A stretch of DNA of 64,000 nucleotides, from assembly GCA_965284305.1 (NCBI GenBank), contig OZ260070.1:1287352-1351351 (forward strand), given 5' to 3'. The position numbers were made by a program, and so were the translations under genes. The stretch's first letter is position 1. Each line of letters opens with the position of its first letter. A model generated the notes under the pieces. It searched no databases. It saw nothing but the letters and a program-made list of their open reading frames with translations, and was not told the DNA's origin. This stretch comes from Caulobacteraceae bacterium (GTDB lineage: Bacteria > Pseudomonadota > Alphaproteobacteria > Caulobacterales > Caulobacteraceae). This document shows, piece after piece, positions 25,106 through 35,045 of this stretch.

Positions 25106-27034
25106 TCAGTCCCGGACGTGCTGGTTCAGGAAGTTCAGATAGGCTTCCTGGGCCGTGATCCGGTTGTCGCGACGCTGGAAGCCGTGGCCTTCGTTGGGGA
25201 ACAGGACGTACTCGACCGGGACGTTGTTGGCGCGAACGGCGGCGACCAGTTCGTCCGACTCGACCTGAAGGACCCGAGGGTCGTTGGCCCCCTGGACCAC
25301 CAGCATGGGCCGGCGGATGTTGCCGGCGTGGAACAGGGGCGAGATGCGACGATGGCGCTCTGCGTCCGTAGCCGGGTCGCCCATCTCGTCAAACAGGGCG
25401 ATACGGTTGGCACCCCACCAGGCGGGTATGGACCCCAGCGTCCTTACCCAGTTGGTCACGCCGAAGATGTTGATGCCCGCCTCGAACGCCTCGGGGTGAA
25501 AGGCCAGGGCAGCAGCAGTGATATAGCCGCCGTAGGAGCCTCCCATCACCGCGACCTGGTCGTCGGCGACCCAATCCTGATCGCGCAGCCACTGGCCGCC
25601 TGCCACGATGTCGCGCAGATCGGCCTCGCCGTGCTGTTTGTCGTCCATGTGAAAGAAGGTCTTGCCATAGCCGGACGAGCCGCGATTGTTGGCACCCAGC
25701 ACCGCATAGCCGTGATTGACCAGGTGCTGGATCGAGGCGGAATAGCCGCGCCTGGTCTGGCCTCCGGGACCACCGTGCACCAGGACAATGGCCGGGACCG
25801 GATGAGCGGCCGAGGCCCCGCGGGGTCTGTACAGGATGGCGGGGATCATCACGCCGCCCTCGCCCGGATAGCGGACGACGGTGGCCTCGACCAGGTCAGA
25901 CTCGGCGATCTGGGTATTGAGGGCCGTGGTCAGCCGTCGTGCCCGGCCATCAGACAGGTCGGCCACGAAGATGTCCGACGGTGAGGTGTCCGACAGGACG
26001 GTAAAGGCGATGCGGCTTTCGTCGGGACTGAACCGCACGGCACCCACGTCGCCGTTGGGTATGCCGGTTACGGCCACGGGTTGGCCGGTGGTGGTGTCCA
26101 GGATGGTGACCCGGGTCGAACCGTCCGCGTTCAGGCTGGACAGCCGATAGCGGCCCGAGGGCGAGAATGCGACGTTGGACACGTCCCAATCTGCCGCGAT
26201 CAAGACCGCACTCTGGCCGGAGGCAAGGTCGTGGCTCCAGGCCTGGGTAAACTCGCCGTGCTGGTCGGTGCCGTAGATCAGCGCGTTGGAATCCGGCGTG
26301 AAGTCATAGACGTTGTGGCTGATGTTCCCCTCGGGCGTGATCAGGCGTGGCTCTCCGCCGGCCTGGAGATCGACCAGATAGAGGTCGGTCCGGGCGCTGG
26401 AGACATTCTTCGAAAGGGCCAGCCAGCGACCGTCGGGCGAAATCGCGTCGGGAAAGACGCCACCCGGATTCTGGAACAGCGTGCGGCTTTCGTAGGTGGT
26501 GGCGTCATAGGCGATGACGTCAAAGGCAGCGGGATCGCGGGCGTTGGATGTCAGGTAGAAGGTCTTGCCGTCGCCGCTCCAGTCGAAGGGCGCGGCCTTG
26601 AGATTATCGCCCGGCGTCAGGTCGCGTAGCGTCCCGTCGACCTCGCGCACATAGACGTGGTTCAGCTCATCGCCACCGCCGTCTGCAGTGACCAGCACCC
26701 GTCCATCTGTCGGAAAATAGGAGACCGCGAAGGTGGCGTTGGTCGTGGAAGCCGTCAGCGGCCGGGCGTCGCCGCCGTTGATCGGGAGGGCGTAGCCGTT
26801 GAACACTCCGGTCTGATCGGATGAGATCAGGATGGACGCGCCATCCGGCGAGAAGGTTCCGACCCGTCCGCCGGCGAGCGCATAGCTGCGGTTCTCGTAG
26901 AACTGCGCCGCAGTATAGGTTCGGGCGGGCGCTTGCTGCTCAACAACCCGCCCGGACGGGTTGGGATTGGCCCAGACGGGCGTTGAAATGACGCTGACGA
27001 GCGCCAGAACGGAAACCAGGCAGGTGGTGCGCAT
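25106..27034 (-). CDS. S9 prolyl-oligopeptidase-family serine peptidase with an N-terminal beta-propeller
   Basis: 642 aa with a signal peptide, the nucleophile motif GGSYGGY, and PD40/TolB-like repeats in the N-terminal half. Confidence 0.9.
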   Translation of the reverse strand: MRTTCLVSVLALVSVISTPVWANPNPSGRVVEQQAPARTYTAAQFYENRSYALAGGRVGTFSPDGASILISSDQTGVFNGYALPINGGDARPLTASTTNATFAVSYFPTDGRVLVTADGGGDELNHVYVREVDGTLRDLTPGDNLKAAPFDWSGDGKTFYLTSNARDPAAFDVIAYDATTYESRTLFQNPGGVFPDAISPDGRWLALSKNVSSARTDLYLVDLQAGGEPRLITPEGNISHNVYDFTPDSNALIYGTDQHGEFTQAWSHDLASGQSAVLIAADWDVSNVAFSPSGRYRLSSLNADGSTRVTILDTTTGQPVAVTGIPNGDVGAVRFSPDESRIAFTVLSDTSPSDIFVADLSDGRARRLTTALNTQIAESDLVEATVVRYPGEGGVMIPAILYRPRGASAAHPVPAIVLVHGGPGGQTRRGYSASIQHLVNHGYAVLGANNRGSSGYGKTFFHMDDKQHGEADLRDIVAGGQWLRDQDWVADDQVAVMGGSYGGYITAAALAFHPEAFEAGINIFGVTNWVRTLGSIPAWWGANRIALFDEMGDPATDAERHRRISPLFHAGNIRRPMLVVQGANDPRVLQVESDELVAAVRANNVPVEYVLFPNEGHGFQRRDNRITAQEAYLNFLNQHVRD

Positions 27035-27132
27035 GTCGAAAAGCCCCTCAGTGATTGACGACCCCTAGAGGCCCCACAAGAACATTTCAGACGCAATCTG
27101 TCTGCGATTTAATCCAGCGCGGCTCGCTGACC

Positions 27133-28344
27133 TTAGGCAGCCGCCGTTGTGGCCTTGATGAAGCCGCCGCCCAGCAGGCGGTCCGGATCGGCCGGGTCAT
27201 AGAGGGCGCAGGCCTGGCCCGGGGCCACGCCTTCCTCGCCCGAGGCGAAGGTCACGGCGACCGCGCCGTCGACAACCGACAGGCGGGCGGGGGAGGGCGG
27301 ACGGGTCGAGCGGACGCGGGCCAGCACCGGGACCCCGGCATCCGCCGCCGCCTCGATCGAGGCCTCGTCGCCCAGCCAGTTGGTCTCGTCCAGCGTCAGG
27401 GACGCGGTCAGCAGGGCCTCGCGCGGGCCGACGATGACGTGGCGCTTCGCCGGATCCAGCCGGGTCACGAACAGGGGTTCGCCCACGGCGACGTTCAGGC
27501 CGCGGCGCTGGCCGATGGTGTAGTCGGTAATACCCGAATGGCCGCCCAGCACGCGGCCGTCCATATGCACGATCTCGCCCGCCTCGCGCCCCTGCGGACG
27601 CAGCTTGTCGATCAGGGTCCGGTAGTCGCCATTGGGGACGAAACAGATGTCCTGGCTGTCCGGCTTGGCGGCGATGCGCAGGCCCAGTTCGGCCGCGACG
27701 CCGCGCACCTGCGGCTTTTCCAGATCGGCCAGCGGGAAGCGCAGATAGTCGAGCTGCTGCGCCGTGGTGGCGAACAGGAAATAGGACTGGTCGCGCGAAT
27801 GGTCGATCGCCTTGCGCATCTGGGCCCGGCCGTCGACGACCGAGCGCCGGACATAGTGGCCCGTGGCCATGGCCTCGGCCCCGAGGTCGCGGGCGACGTC
27901 CAGCAGGTCGCGGAATTTGACCGTCTGGTTGCAGCGGATGCAGGGCACGGGCGTCTGGCCGGCCAGATAGGAGTCGGCGAACTGATCGATCACCGCGTCC
28001 CGGAACCGGCTTTCGTAGTCCAGGACATAGTGGGGAATGCCCAGCATCTCGGCCGCCAGCCGGGCGTCGTGGATGTCCTGACCGGCGCAGCAGGCACCCT
28101 TTTTCTTCAGCGCCGCGCCGTGGTCATAGAGCTGCAGGGTTACGCCGACGACGTCATAGCCGGCCTTGTGCAGCAGGGCTGCGACCACGGTGGAATCCAC
28201 CCCGCCCGACATGGCCGCGACCACGCGCGACCCGACCGGCAGGCCGACCGCCGCGCGCGCGGCTTCGATCGCTGCATCCATGTCGGCCGGAGAGGACACG
28301 GGAGCGATGGCCGGGATCGGGCAGATGTCCTCGATGAGGGTCAT
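27133..28344 (-). CDS. mnmA: tRNA 2-thiouridine(34) synthase
   Basis: 403 aa. It has the PP-loop [11 protein letters not shown] and the conserved Cys residues of the MnmA family. Confidence 0.95.
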   Translation of the reverse strand: MTLIEDICPIPAIAPVSSPADMDAAIEAARAAVGLPVGSRVVAAMSGGVDSTVVAALLHKAGYDVVGVTLQLYDHGAALKKKGACCAGQDIHDARLAAEMLGIPHYVLDYESRFRDAVIDQFADSYLAGQTPVPCIRCNQTVKFRDLLDVARDLGAEAMATGHYVRRSVVDGRAQMRKAIDHSRDQSYFLFATTAQQLDYLRFPLADLEKPQVRGVAAELGLRIAAKPDSQDICFVPNGDYRTLIDKLRPQGREAGEIVHMDGRVLGGHSGITDYTIGQRRGLNVAVGEPLFVTRLDPAKRHVIVGPREALLTASLTLDETNWLGDEASIEAAADAGVPVLARVRSTRPPSPARLSVVDGAVAVTFASGEEGVAPGQACALYDPADPDRLLGGGFIKATTAAA

Positions 28345-28450
28345 GACGCGCTATCTAGTGTGAAAGCGGCGCGAATTCGAGGCCGGCCTGCAAACGAAAA
28401 CGGCCGCCCCCGTCGCCGGGAGCGGCCGTGATCTCTTCGGAGCGGTCGCC

Positions 28451-28753
28451 TTACGGGCGGCCGTAGTGCTGGATCCGCGTCGTGCGCAGGCCCTGCATGC
28501 CCCATTTGTCGATCGCCTTCTGCCAGGCGAGGAACTCCTCGGCCGTCAGGCGATAGCGCGCGAGCGCATCTTCCAGACTGATCAATCCGCCACGCACGGC
28601 GGCCACGACTTCCGCCTTGCGGCGGATAACCCAGCGGTCCGTATTGGCCGGGGGAAGGTCGTGCATTGTCAGCGGCGTGCCCGTAGGCCCGACCACATAT
28701 TGTTCGCCCTGATTATTCAGGCGTCGCTCTTGCAACATGGGCTTCTGCCTCAT
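28451..28753 (-). CDS. sciP: DUF1153 protein, SciP-type small CtrA inhibitor
   Basis: WVIRRKAEVVAAVRGGLISLEDALARYRLTAEEFLAWQKAIDKWGMQGLRTTRIQ is the DUF1153/SciP signature. The gene lies directly downstream of the hook operon, as I recall for Caulobacter. The start may be the Met at position 6. Confidence 0.75.
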   Translation of the reverse strand: MRQKPMLQERRLNNQGEQYVVGPTGTPLTMHDLPPANTDRWVIRRKAEVVAAVRGGLISLEDALARYRLTAEEFLAWQKAIDKWGMQGLRTTRIQHYGRP

Positions 28754-28793
28754 TGACCACCACCACTATGAACATGACCATAGGGGTCCGCGG

Positions 28794-28808
28794 CTAAGGG
28801 CCGTTTAA
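28794..28808. promoter_or_regulatory. CtrA-box-like half match (TTAA-N7-TTAG on the minus strand) upstream of sciP
   Basis: The plus strand reads CTAAGGGCCGTTTAA, 41-55 nt upstream of the sciP ORF start. It has one mismatch to TTAA-N7-TTAA. Confidence 0.3.
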
Positions 28809-28902
28809 GCGTCGTGGTGAAGGAAAGGCTAAAATGCCATCCGCCCACAGTCTCAATATTCAACGAAGGATTCATTGAGGTTTACGCTCTGTTACTCAAG
28901 GA

Positions 28903-30357
28903 TCAGCGTTTGATGCTGATAAGTTCGGCGAGCATCTCGTCCGCAGTGGTGATGATCTTGGACGATGCGGAGTAGGCGCGCTGGGTGGTGATCAGCCCCG
29001 TGAACTCGGCTGACAGATCGACGGTCGAGGCCTCCAGCTGGGATGCCCCGATCGAACCCGCGCCGCCGCTGCCCGCGGCCTTGAGATTGTAGGTGCCGGA
29101 GCCCTGGCTGACGCGATAGGCGTTGCCCGAGGTCTGCGCCAGACTGTCCGGGCTGGGGAAGGTCGCCAGGGCGATCTGCGCGATCTGGCGGGTGACGCCG
29201 TTGTCGAAGATCGCCGTGACGAAGCCCGTTTCGTCAATCTTCACTTCGGACAGGTTTCCAAAGGCTGTGCCGTTGGTCAGGACGGCCTGCACCACAGAGC
29301 CGCTGTCGTACTGGGTCAGGCCGCCGGTCGCCGCCGTCAGGTCAAAGGCCAGGTCCTGGCTGTCGATGCCGAGCCCGGGGGCCCAGTTCACCGCGCCGGC
29401 GGCCGGCGCGCCGGAGCTCGACGAGCCGAAGCTCAGGGTTGCCGTCGTGACGTCCGGGAACAGGGCGCTGGCACCAAGGGCGGCCATGGCGTCGGCGTCG
29501 AGGCGGCCATCCTGGGTGAAGGCGACCAGGCCGCTCTTGATCTGCCCGTTCGACAGTCCGGTACCGGTGACGACGTCCGATGCCGGAATCGCCCGGATTT
29601 CGGCGAACCACTGGTTGGGAACGGTGCTCTTGAGGAAGGAGAGGGCGACTGTCCGTTGCCCGCCCTTGGAGTCCGAGACCGGAATGGTGAGTTCGAAGTC
29701 GGGTTTCACGCCGGCTCCGGTTTCCGGATCCCACATGGCCATGGAGTTGGTCGCGGGATTATAGGCGTTGACACCCGGAGGAACGGCGGCGGCGTCGGTG
29801 GCCTCGGCCGAGACCAGTTGGCTGGACTTGATGTTGGCGTTCAGCTGGATCCGGGTAGTGGCTTCCGCCGTACCACCGACCGAACCGACGTTGATCGTCC
29901 GCAGCCGGTTCAGGTCGGACGGGTCGGTGGCGATATTGCCCTCAGCGTCGACCGGCCACCCCTGCAGGTACAGGCCTGAAGTGTTCTTCAGATAGCCGAG
30001 ATTGTCGACGCTGAAGGCACCGGCGCGGGTGAACAGACGGCTGTCGGTGACCTGCAGGTTCTCCGGCTTTTCGGTGACCACGAAGAAGCCCTGACCGGCG
30101 ATACCCAGGTCGGTATTCGAGGTCGTGCGCTGCAACTGCCCGTTCTGGCTGGTGAAGTGGCGGGCCGTGGCCAGCACCCCGCCGGCGGAATAGCCTGCGC
30201 CCTGCGACTGGCTGTTGATGACCGTCGAAAACTCGCCTGCGGTACGCTTGTAGCCGACGGTGTTCACGTTCGCGATGTTCTGCGAGATCGCGGCAAGAGC
30301 GGCGGCGTTGGCGGTCAGGCCGGACACGCCGGCCAGAAGGGCGCTGTTGATACTCAT
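28903..30357 (-). CDS. flgE: flagellar hook protein FlgE
   Basis: 484 aa. It has the N-terminal rod/hook motif (ISQNIANVNTVGYKR) and a C-terminal flagellar basal-body rod-type motif (TTQRAYSASSKIITTADEMLAEL). Confidence 0.95.
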   Translation of the reverse strand: MSINSALLAGVSGLTANAAALAAISQNIANVNTVGYKRTAGEFSTVINSQSQGAGYSAGGVLATARHFTSQNGQLQRTTSNTDLGIAGQGFFVVTEKPENLQVTDSRLFTRAGAFSVDNLGYLKNTSGLYLQGWPVDAEGNIATDPSDLNRLRTINVGSVGGTAEATTRIQLNANIKSSQLVSAEATDAAAVPPGVNAYNPATNSMAMWDPETGAGVKPDFELTIPVSDSKGGQRTVALSFLKSTVPNQWFAEIRAIPASDVVTGTGLSNGQIKSGLVAFTQDGRLDADAMAALGASALFPDVTTATLSFGSSSSGAPAAGAVNWAPGLGIDSQDLAFDLTAATGGLTQYDSGSVVQAVLTNGTAFGNLSEVKIDETGFVTAIFDNGVTRQIAQIALATFPSPDSLAQTSGNAYRVSQGSGTYNLKAAGSGGAGSIGASQLEASTVDLSAEFTGLITTQRAYSASSKIITTADEMLAELISIKR

Positions 30358-30370
30358 GGCGCGGGGCTCC

Positions 30371-31132
30371 TTACGAGAACAGTTTCAATGGATTGAGGGA
30401 AGCGGCGATGGAGGCCATCAGGCTGTCCTCGCTGTCGTCATTGGCGGGCGGCGGTGCCGCGGCCGTCCGGGACTCTTCCAGCGCGATCACGGTGGAGAGC
30501 GGCAGGATGGAGTTGCCAACGGTCAGATAGGGAACACCGTCGTACATCTCGACGCCGCTGATCCGGCCGCGGGTCAGGACCTGGCTGCCGACAGCGCCGC
30601 CGGCGGCGTCCTTGGCCACGACCCGCAGGGAATAGACCTGTCCCTCCTGACCATCGTTTCCGGTGGTGGCGTTGCCGTCCCAGGTGAAGTCATGGACGCC
30701 GGTGGTCTTGTCTGGCGCGTCGCCCGACCAGACCACCTTGCCCGAACCGTCCAGCACCTCGAGCCGCGCCGAGGCGGCGTTTGCGGCCAGTTCGTAGCTC
30801 CAGGTCGCCTCACCGTCGGTGAGTTTGGTGGCCGACCAGGCTGCGGTGGCTTCCTTGCCGATATAGGTGGCTGCGTTGGCCAGACCGCCGCCGCCCTGGG
30901 CGGCCAGCAGTCCCTTGAGCAGGTCGTTGGTCAGCAGTTGCTGCTCCACCCCGGCCATCTGGGTCAGCTGGGCGGTGAATTGGTTGGAATCCACCGGCGA
31001 CAGGGGATCCTGGTTCTTCAGCTGTGAGGTCAGCAGGGCCAGGAAGGTCTCGAAATTCGAGGCCAGCATGGTCGAGCCAGCGCCGATCCTGCTGGTCGCG
31101 TTGGCGGTCGTACTGGTGACGGAGTCAACCAT
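30371..31132 (-). CDS. flgD: flagellar hook capping/assembly protein FlgD
   Basis: 253 aa. FLALLTSQLKNQDPLSPVDSNQFTAQLTQMAGVEQ is the FlgD signature. Confidence 0.9.
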   Translation of the reverse strand: MVDSVTSTTANATSRIGAGSTMLASNFETFLALLTSQLKNQDPLSPVDSNQFTAQLTQMAGVEQQLLTNDLLKGLLAAQGGGGLANAATYIGKEATAAWSATKLTDGEATWSYELAANAASARLEVLDGSGKVVWSGDAPDKTTGVHDFTWDGNATTGNDGQEGQVYSLRVVAKDAAGGAVGSQVLTRGRISGVEMYDGVPYLTVGNSILPLSTVIALEESRTAAAPPPANDDSEDSLMASIAASLNPLKLFS

Positions 31133-31136
31133 CGGA

Positions 31137-32582
31137 TCAGACCTTCATGTCCACGCCCGAGGGCGAGAGGGAGAGCGCCAGCCAGCGGGGCGGCTGGGCG
31201 ACATCGATTTCGGTGTTGAGACGTGTCGCCGCCGCGAAGGCGCGCGACGAGCCGTCCCGGGTATCCTGACCGCGATCGAAGGCGCTGGAGCCGCTGTCAC
31301 GGTCGGTGAATTCGAAGGCGTCGTCGGCCAGTTGGAAGCCGGCGTCCTCAAGCTGACGCCGCAGTTCGTCGGCGCGGCCCTTCAGGTCGGTCGCGGCGGC
31401 CGGGTTGTCGAAGGCGAGGCGAGCGTTCAGCCGACCTTCGGAGTCGATGTCGAGCTTGACGTCCACCCGGCCCAGTTCGTCCGGCGTCAGGGCCATTTCG
31501 AACCGGGTGGAGCGGCCTTCCAGCCGGCGCAGGATCTGGGCGGCGATCTGGGCAGTCGCCTCGATCGTGGCACGCGACAGCTGGGACAGGCCGGCCTCGC
31601 GTGCGCCGGCTGCGGTATGGGCCGGGGCCGTGGTGCCTTCGACCGGTGGCAATGGCTCCGACCCGGACCCTTCGGCTTCGCCGTTGCTGGCGAGGTCGTG
31701 GCTGATGGCGGCGGCGATGAAGTCTGCGGGACCCGTGGCCGGCCTTGCGGTCACGTTCGGGGCGGGAGGCAGGGTCGTGGGTACCGGTCGGGCCGGGTCC
31801 TTCGTCCCGGATCCTTCACCGGTCCTGGGGTCGACGGGGCCCAGCAGTCGCGGGTTGCGTTCCGACGACGGGCGGAGCGGCGGGGGTGGGGTCGCCGGGG
31901 GCAATGTCAAGGGCGTGGAGCCACTGCGGGCCTGGGCCTCGACGGCCTCCGTCGCGGCGGCGACCTGGGCAAGGGTCAGCGCGGTGTCTGAGGTTTCCGG
32001 CACCGGGACGGGGGACTCACGTAACGGGGGCTGAACTTCAGGTCGGGGGGGGTGGGTGACCTCAAGCTTGCCCACAGGCAACGGAAACGGGGTTTGCTCG
32101 CGAGGTTGAACCTCCAGGCCGGAGGTCTTGGCGGTCGTATCCTTGTCCGCCGGCAGCGGGGTCGTGGCCCCGGCGCCATCCGGATCACCGGCACTACCCT
32201 TGCCGGCCCGTTCTCCCGATCCTTCCGACACCCCTTCGGCCCCAGAGGTCGCGTCCCCGGCAGCCGGAAGAACGAGGGTCACGGGCGGTGGCGAGGGCAC
32301 CGTAAGGAAGCCTGCAGCCGCAGCAGCATCGCCCGCTGCCTCGACCTGCGCCTCGGCCGGCTTGAGCGGATCAGTCGGGACCCCCGCCGCCGCAACCGTC
32401 GTCTCTTCGCCCGACAGGGTCGCCAGCAGCGCCTGGAAGTCCGACGCGACCTCGCCCGACGGCCCTTGCGGGACGCTGGGGATGGCTGGCGCGATGACGG
32501 ACAGCAGGTTGAGGGCGGACATGATTCCGGGAGGGCGGTTCGCCGAAGCGAGGGGGGCGAGGGCGCCTGCTGCGCCGGACAT
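31137..32582 (-). CDS. fliK: flagellar hook-length control protein FliK
   Basis: The middle is Pro/Ala-rich. The C-terminal Flg_hook domain reads FEMALTPDELGRVDVKLDIDSEGRLNARLAFDNPAAATDLK. The start is uncertain: 32582 or 32522. The ORF-track start at 32678 lies in the AT-rich region upstream of the sigma54 promoter, so I rejected it. Confidence 0.75.
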   Translation of the reverse strand: MSGAAGALAPLASANRPPGIMSALNLLSVIAPAIPSVPQGPSGEVASDFQALLATLSGEETTVAAAGVPTDPLKPAEAQVEAAGDAAAAAGFLTVPSPPPVTLVLPAAGDATSGAEGVSEGSGERAGKGSAGDPDGAGATTPLPADKDTTAKTSGLEVQPREQTPFPLPVGKLEVTHPPRPEVQPPLRESPVPVPETSDTALTLAQVAAATEAVEAQARSGSTPLTLPPATPPPPLRPSSERNPRLLGPVDPRTGEGSGTKDPARPVPTTLPPAPNVTARPATGPADFIAAAISHDLASNGEAEGSGSEPLPPVEGTTAPAHTAAGAREAGLSQLSRATIEATAQIAAQILRRLEGRSTRFEMALTPDELGRVDVKLDIDSEGRLNARLAFDNPAAATDLKGRADELRRQLEDAGFQLADDAFEFTDRDSGSSAFDRGQDTRDGSSRAFAAATRLNTEIDVAQPPRWLALSLSPSGVDMKV

Positions 32583-32596
32583 TCGGAACCCGTGGC

Positions 32597-32611
32597 GCAA
32601 GTCGTGGGCCA
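32597..32611 (-). promoter_or_regulatory. sigma54-type promoter TGGCCC-N5-TTGC for the fliK-flgD-flgE operon
   Basis: The minus strand reads TGGCCCACGACTTGC, with correct GG-N10-GC spacing. It lies 14 nt upstream of ATG 32582. Confidence 0.55.
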
Positions 32612-32770
32612 ACTGGGGGAGTGAGTAGTAAGTCAATGAATCGTAGAGGATAAGTTCTGTCGCTGTCCGAAATTTCACCGTCGAGGTTCAGTCGAAACTT
32701 GCCGCGTGAAGACGATTCTTGCCCGGTGCCTGCCATAGACCGACACGTTCTGGTCGGCCCGGTGCCCGCA

Positions 32771-32785
32771 TGGCCCGGCGTTTGC
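32771..32785 (+). promoter_or_regulatory. sigma54-type promoter TGGCCC-N5-TTGC for flgK-flgL
   Basis: The plus strand reads TGGCCCGGCGTTTGC, with correct GG-N10-GC spacing, about 145 nt upstream of the flgK ATG. It has the same TGGCCC/TTGC halves as the divergent promoter. Confidence 0.55.
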
Positions 32786-32930
32786 GCCCCTTGCCGCTCA
32801 TGATCGAAGCGCGAAACGCAAGAGCGCGTAAATTCAGTAGCTTGCACGGCCCGCCCTGGTGCGATGCCGGGCAAAAAACGCGCATCGGCTGGCATAGCTT
32901 GCCGGGTGCCTTGTCTACGGAGGCCTTCGG

Positions 32931-35045
32931 ATGTCCCTGAACGCCATCATGAACACCGCGAGTTCGGGCCTCCAGACCGCCCAGACCCAGCTCCGCGTCG
33001 TTTCGGACAACGTCTCAAACGTCAACACGCCCGGCTATGTCCGCAAGATCGCGGAGCAGCGGACCCTGACCAGTCAGGGTCTGGGCTCAGGCGTGGAGGT
33101 GTCGCGCATTCGCCTCGCCACTGACCGGTTTCTGCAGGCGGCGAGCCTGAATGCCGGGGCTGAGTCCGCGCGCATGGGGGTGCGCCATGAGCTGTACGAC
33201 CGGATCCAGTCGCTGTTCGGAGACCCGGGCGGCAACGCCGGTTTCTTCTCGCAGGTCGATGCCGTCTTTTCGGCCTTCGCGGCCAGCGCCGAGGATCCGA
33301 CATCTCCGCCCCGTCGTCAGGACGCGCTGTTCCGGACCCAGGCCCTGTTCGACGAGGCCAGCCGGATCGCCGGCCAGATCCAGGCGGTCCGGGAGGACGC
33401 TGACAGCCGAATTCAGAGCGCTGTCGAACGGGCCAACAGCCTGCTGGAACAGATCGAGGGCCTGAACCTGGAGATCGCGCGCGCCACGGCGGTCGATGGC
33501 GACGCCTCTGGTGCCGAGACGGCCCAGTCAGCCCTGGTCGGGCAACTGGCGGAACTGATAGACATCCGGGTGGCCGCACGGCCCGTTGGCGGCGTGTCGA
33601 TCCGGACAGGCTCGGGCACGCTTCTGGCCGGCCAGGGCGCTGCGACCCTCGGCTACAACCCCGCCGGGACGGTCACAGGCGAGACCGCTTTCAATGAAAT
33701 CTGGGTCACCGAACCAGGTGGGCAGAAGCGGTCCCTGCTCGACGGCGTCACGTCGGGCGAGATCAAGGGTCTGGTTGAGCTGCGCGATGTCGATGCACCC
33801 GCTGCGGCGGAACGACTGGCCGAACTGGTCGCAAGTGCGGCCGATCAACTGAACCGCGCCCACAACGCCAACTCCGCCGTGCCCGCGCCGACCCGTCTGA
33901 CAGGTCGCAATGTGGGACAGTCGCTCGAGACCGCGATCGCCGGCTTCTCGGGGCAAGCCACTGTCGCCGTGACCAACGCGGCCGGCGTGATCCAGACCCG
34001 GGCCGACATCGTCTTCTCCGGCGCGACGATGACGGTGAACGGTGCCGCCGCGACGCCGGCGAATTTTCTGACCGTTCTGAACGCCCAGCTGGGCGGGGCG
34101 GCGACGGCCAGTTTCACAGACGGCCGGCTGACGATTGCGGCAACCGGCACCAACGGGGTGGCCGTGGCCGATGACGCCGCCGGACCGTCCGCCAAGGCGG
34201 GTCGGAGTTTCTCGCACTATTTCGGGCTCAACGATCTGGTTTCGTCGGACCGGCCGGCCTTCTACGACAACGGCCTGACCGCCACCTCGCCGCACGGTTT
34301 CGCTGCCGGCGAGACCGTGATGTTCCGGTTCACCTCCGAGACCGGCTCGCGCCTGCGTGACGTGCGGGTCGCCGTGCCGGCGGGCGGCACGGTCGGACAG
34401 CTGGTCGCCGCGCTGAACGATCCCGCGACGGGGATCGGTCGACTGGGATCCTTCTCGCTTGCGGCCGATGGATCGCTCTCGTTCACCGGATTCGGCAATC
34501 CCGCGCCGGTGATGACCGTCCTGGAGGACCGCACCACCCAGGTTCCGTCTGGCGTGTCCGTGACCGAGTTGTTCGGCATCGGCGGCGGGGTGCGCGCCTC
34601 GCGTGCCGACGGCTTCGCCGTGCGTGCCGACATTCGCCAGAGCCCTTCCAGACTGGCCCTTGCGCAGCTGAACCTGTCGGCGCCAGTCGGCAAGGCAGCC
34701 CTGAGTATCGGCGATGGTCGCGGGGCCCTCGCCCTGGCCGATGCCGGTGCGCGGGCGGCGAACTTTCAGCCCGCAGGCGGATCTTCCGGCGGATCACTTT
34801 CGGTCTCACGCTACGCCGCCGAGCTGTCGGGCGAGATCGGTGGCAAGGCGGCTGCGGCCAGGAACCGGATGGAGACGGCGAAGGCCCTCTACACCGAAAC
34901 CGAGGCCCGCCAGACGGCGCATGAAGGCGTCAATCTGGACGAGGAGCTGGTGCTGATGACCACCTATCAGCAGGCCTTCAACGCCTCGGCCCGGATGATT
35001 CAGGCGGCCAAGGACATGTACGATACGCTGATGGGGATGGTCTGA
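32931..35045 (+). CDS. flgK: flagellar hook-associated protein 1 FlgK
   Basis: 704 aa. The N-terminus reads MSLNAIMNTASSGLQTAQTQLRVVSDNVSNVNTPGYVR, and the C-terminus has the conserved motif EELVLMTTYQQAFNASARMI. Confidence 0.92.
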   Translation: MSLNAIMNTASSGLQTAQTQLRVVSDNVSNVNTPGYVRKIAEQRTLTSQGLGSGVEVSRIRLATDRFLQAASLNAGAESARMGVRHELYDRIQSLFGDPGGNAGFFSQVDAVFSAFAASAEDPTSPPRRQDALFRTQALFDEASRIAGQIQAVREDADSRIQSAVERANSLLEQIEGLNLEIARATAVDGDASGAETAQSALVGQLAELIDIRVAARPVGGVSIRTGSGTLLAGQGAATLGYNPAGTVTGETAFNEIWVTEPGGQKRSLLDGVTSGEIKGLVELRDVDAPAAAERLAELVASAADQLNRAHNANSAVPAPTRLTGRNVGQSLETAIAGFSGQATVAVTNAAGVIQTRADIVFSGATMTVNGAAATPANFLTVLNAQLGGAATASFTDGRLTIAATGTNGVAVADDAAGPSAKAGRSFSHYFGLNDLVSSDRPAFYDNGLTATSPHGFAAGETVMFRFTSETGSRLRDVRVAVPAGGTVGQLVAALNDPATGIGRLGSFSLAADGSLSFTGFGNPAPVMTVLEDRTTQVPSGVSVTELFGIGGGVRASRADGFAVRADIRQSPSRLALAQLNLSAPVGKAALSIGDGRGALALADAGARAANFQPAGGSSGGSLSVSRYAAELSGEIGGKAAAARNRMETAKALYTETEARQTAHEGVNLDEELVLMTTYQQAFNASARMIQAAKDMYDTLMGMV

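Noticed and set aside
32583-32678. N-terminal extension of the fliK ORF (MKFRTATELILYDSLTYYSLPQLAHDLRHGFR)
   Set aside because: It lies in the AT-rich region upstream of, and overlapping, the sigma54 promoter at 32597-32611. Its composition is unlike the rest of the protein and unlike local coding sequence.
32721-32735. Alternative sigma54-like site TGGCAGGCACCGGGC (minus strand), and TGGCATAGCTTGC at 32890-32902 (plus strand)
   Set aside because: The first has a poor -12 element (GGGC instead of TTGC) and is outcompeted by the much better TGGCCC-N5-TTGC site. The second has the wrong GG-to-GC spacing (8 instead of 10). They may instead be parts of activator-binding repeats.
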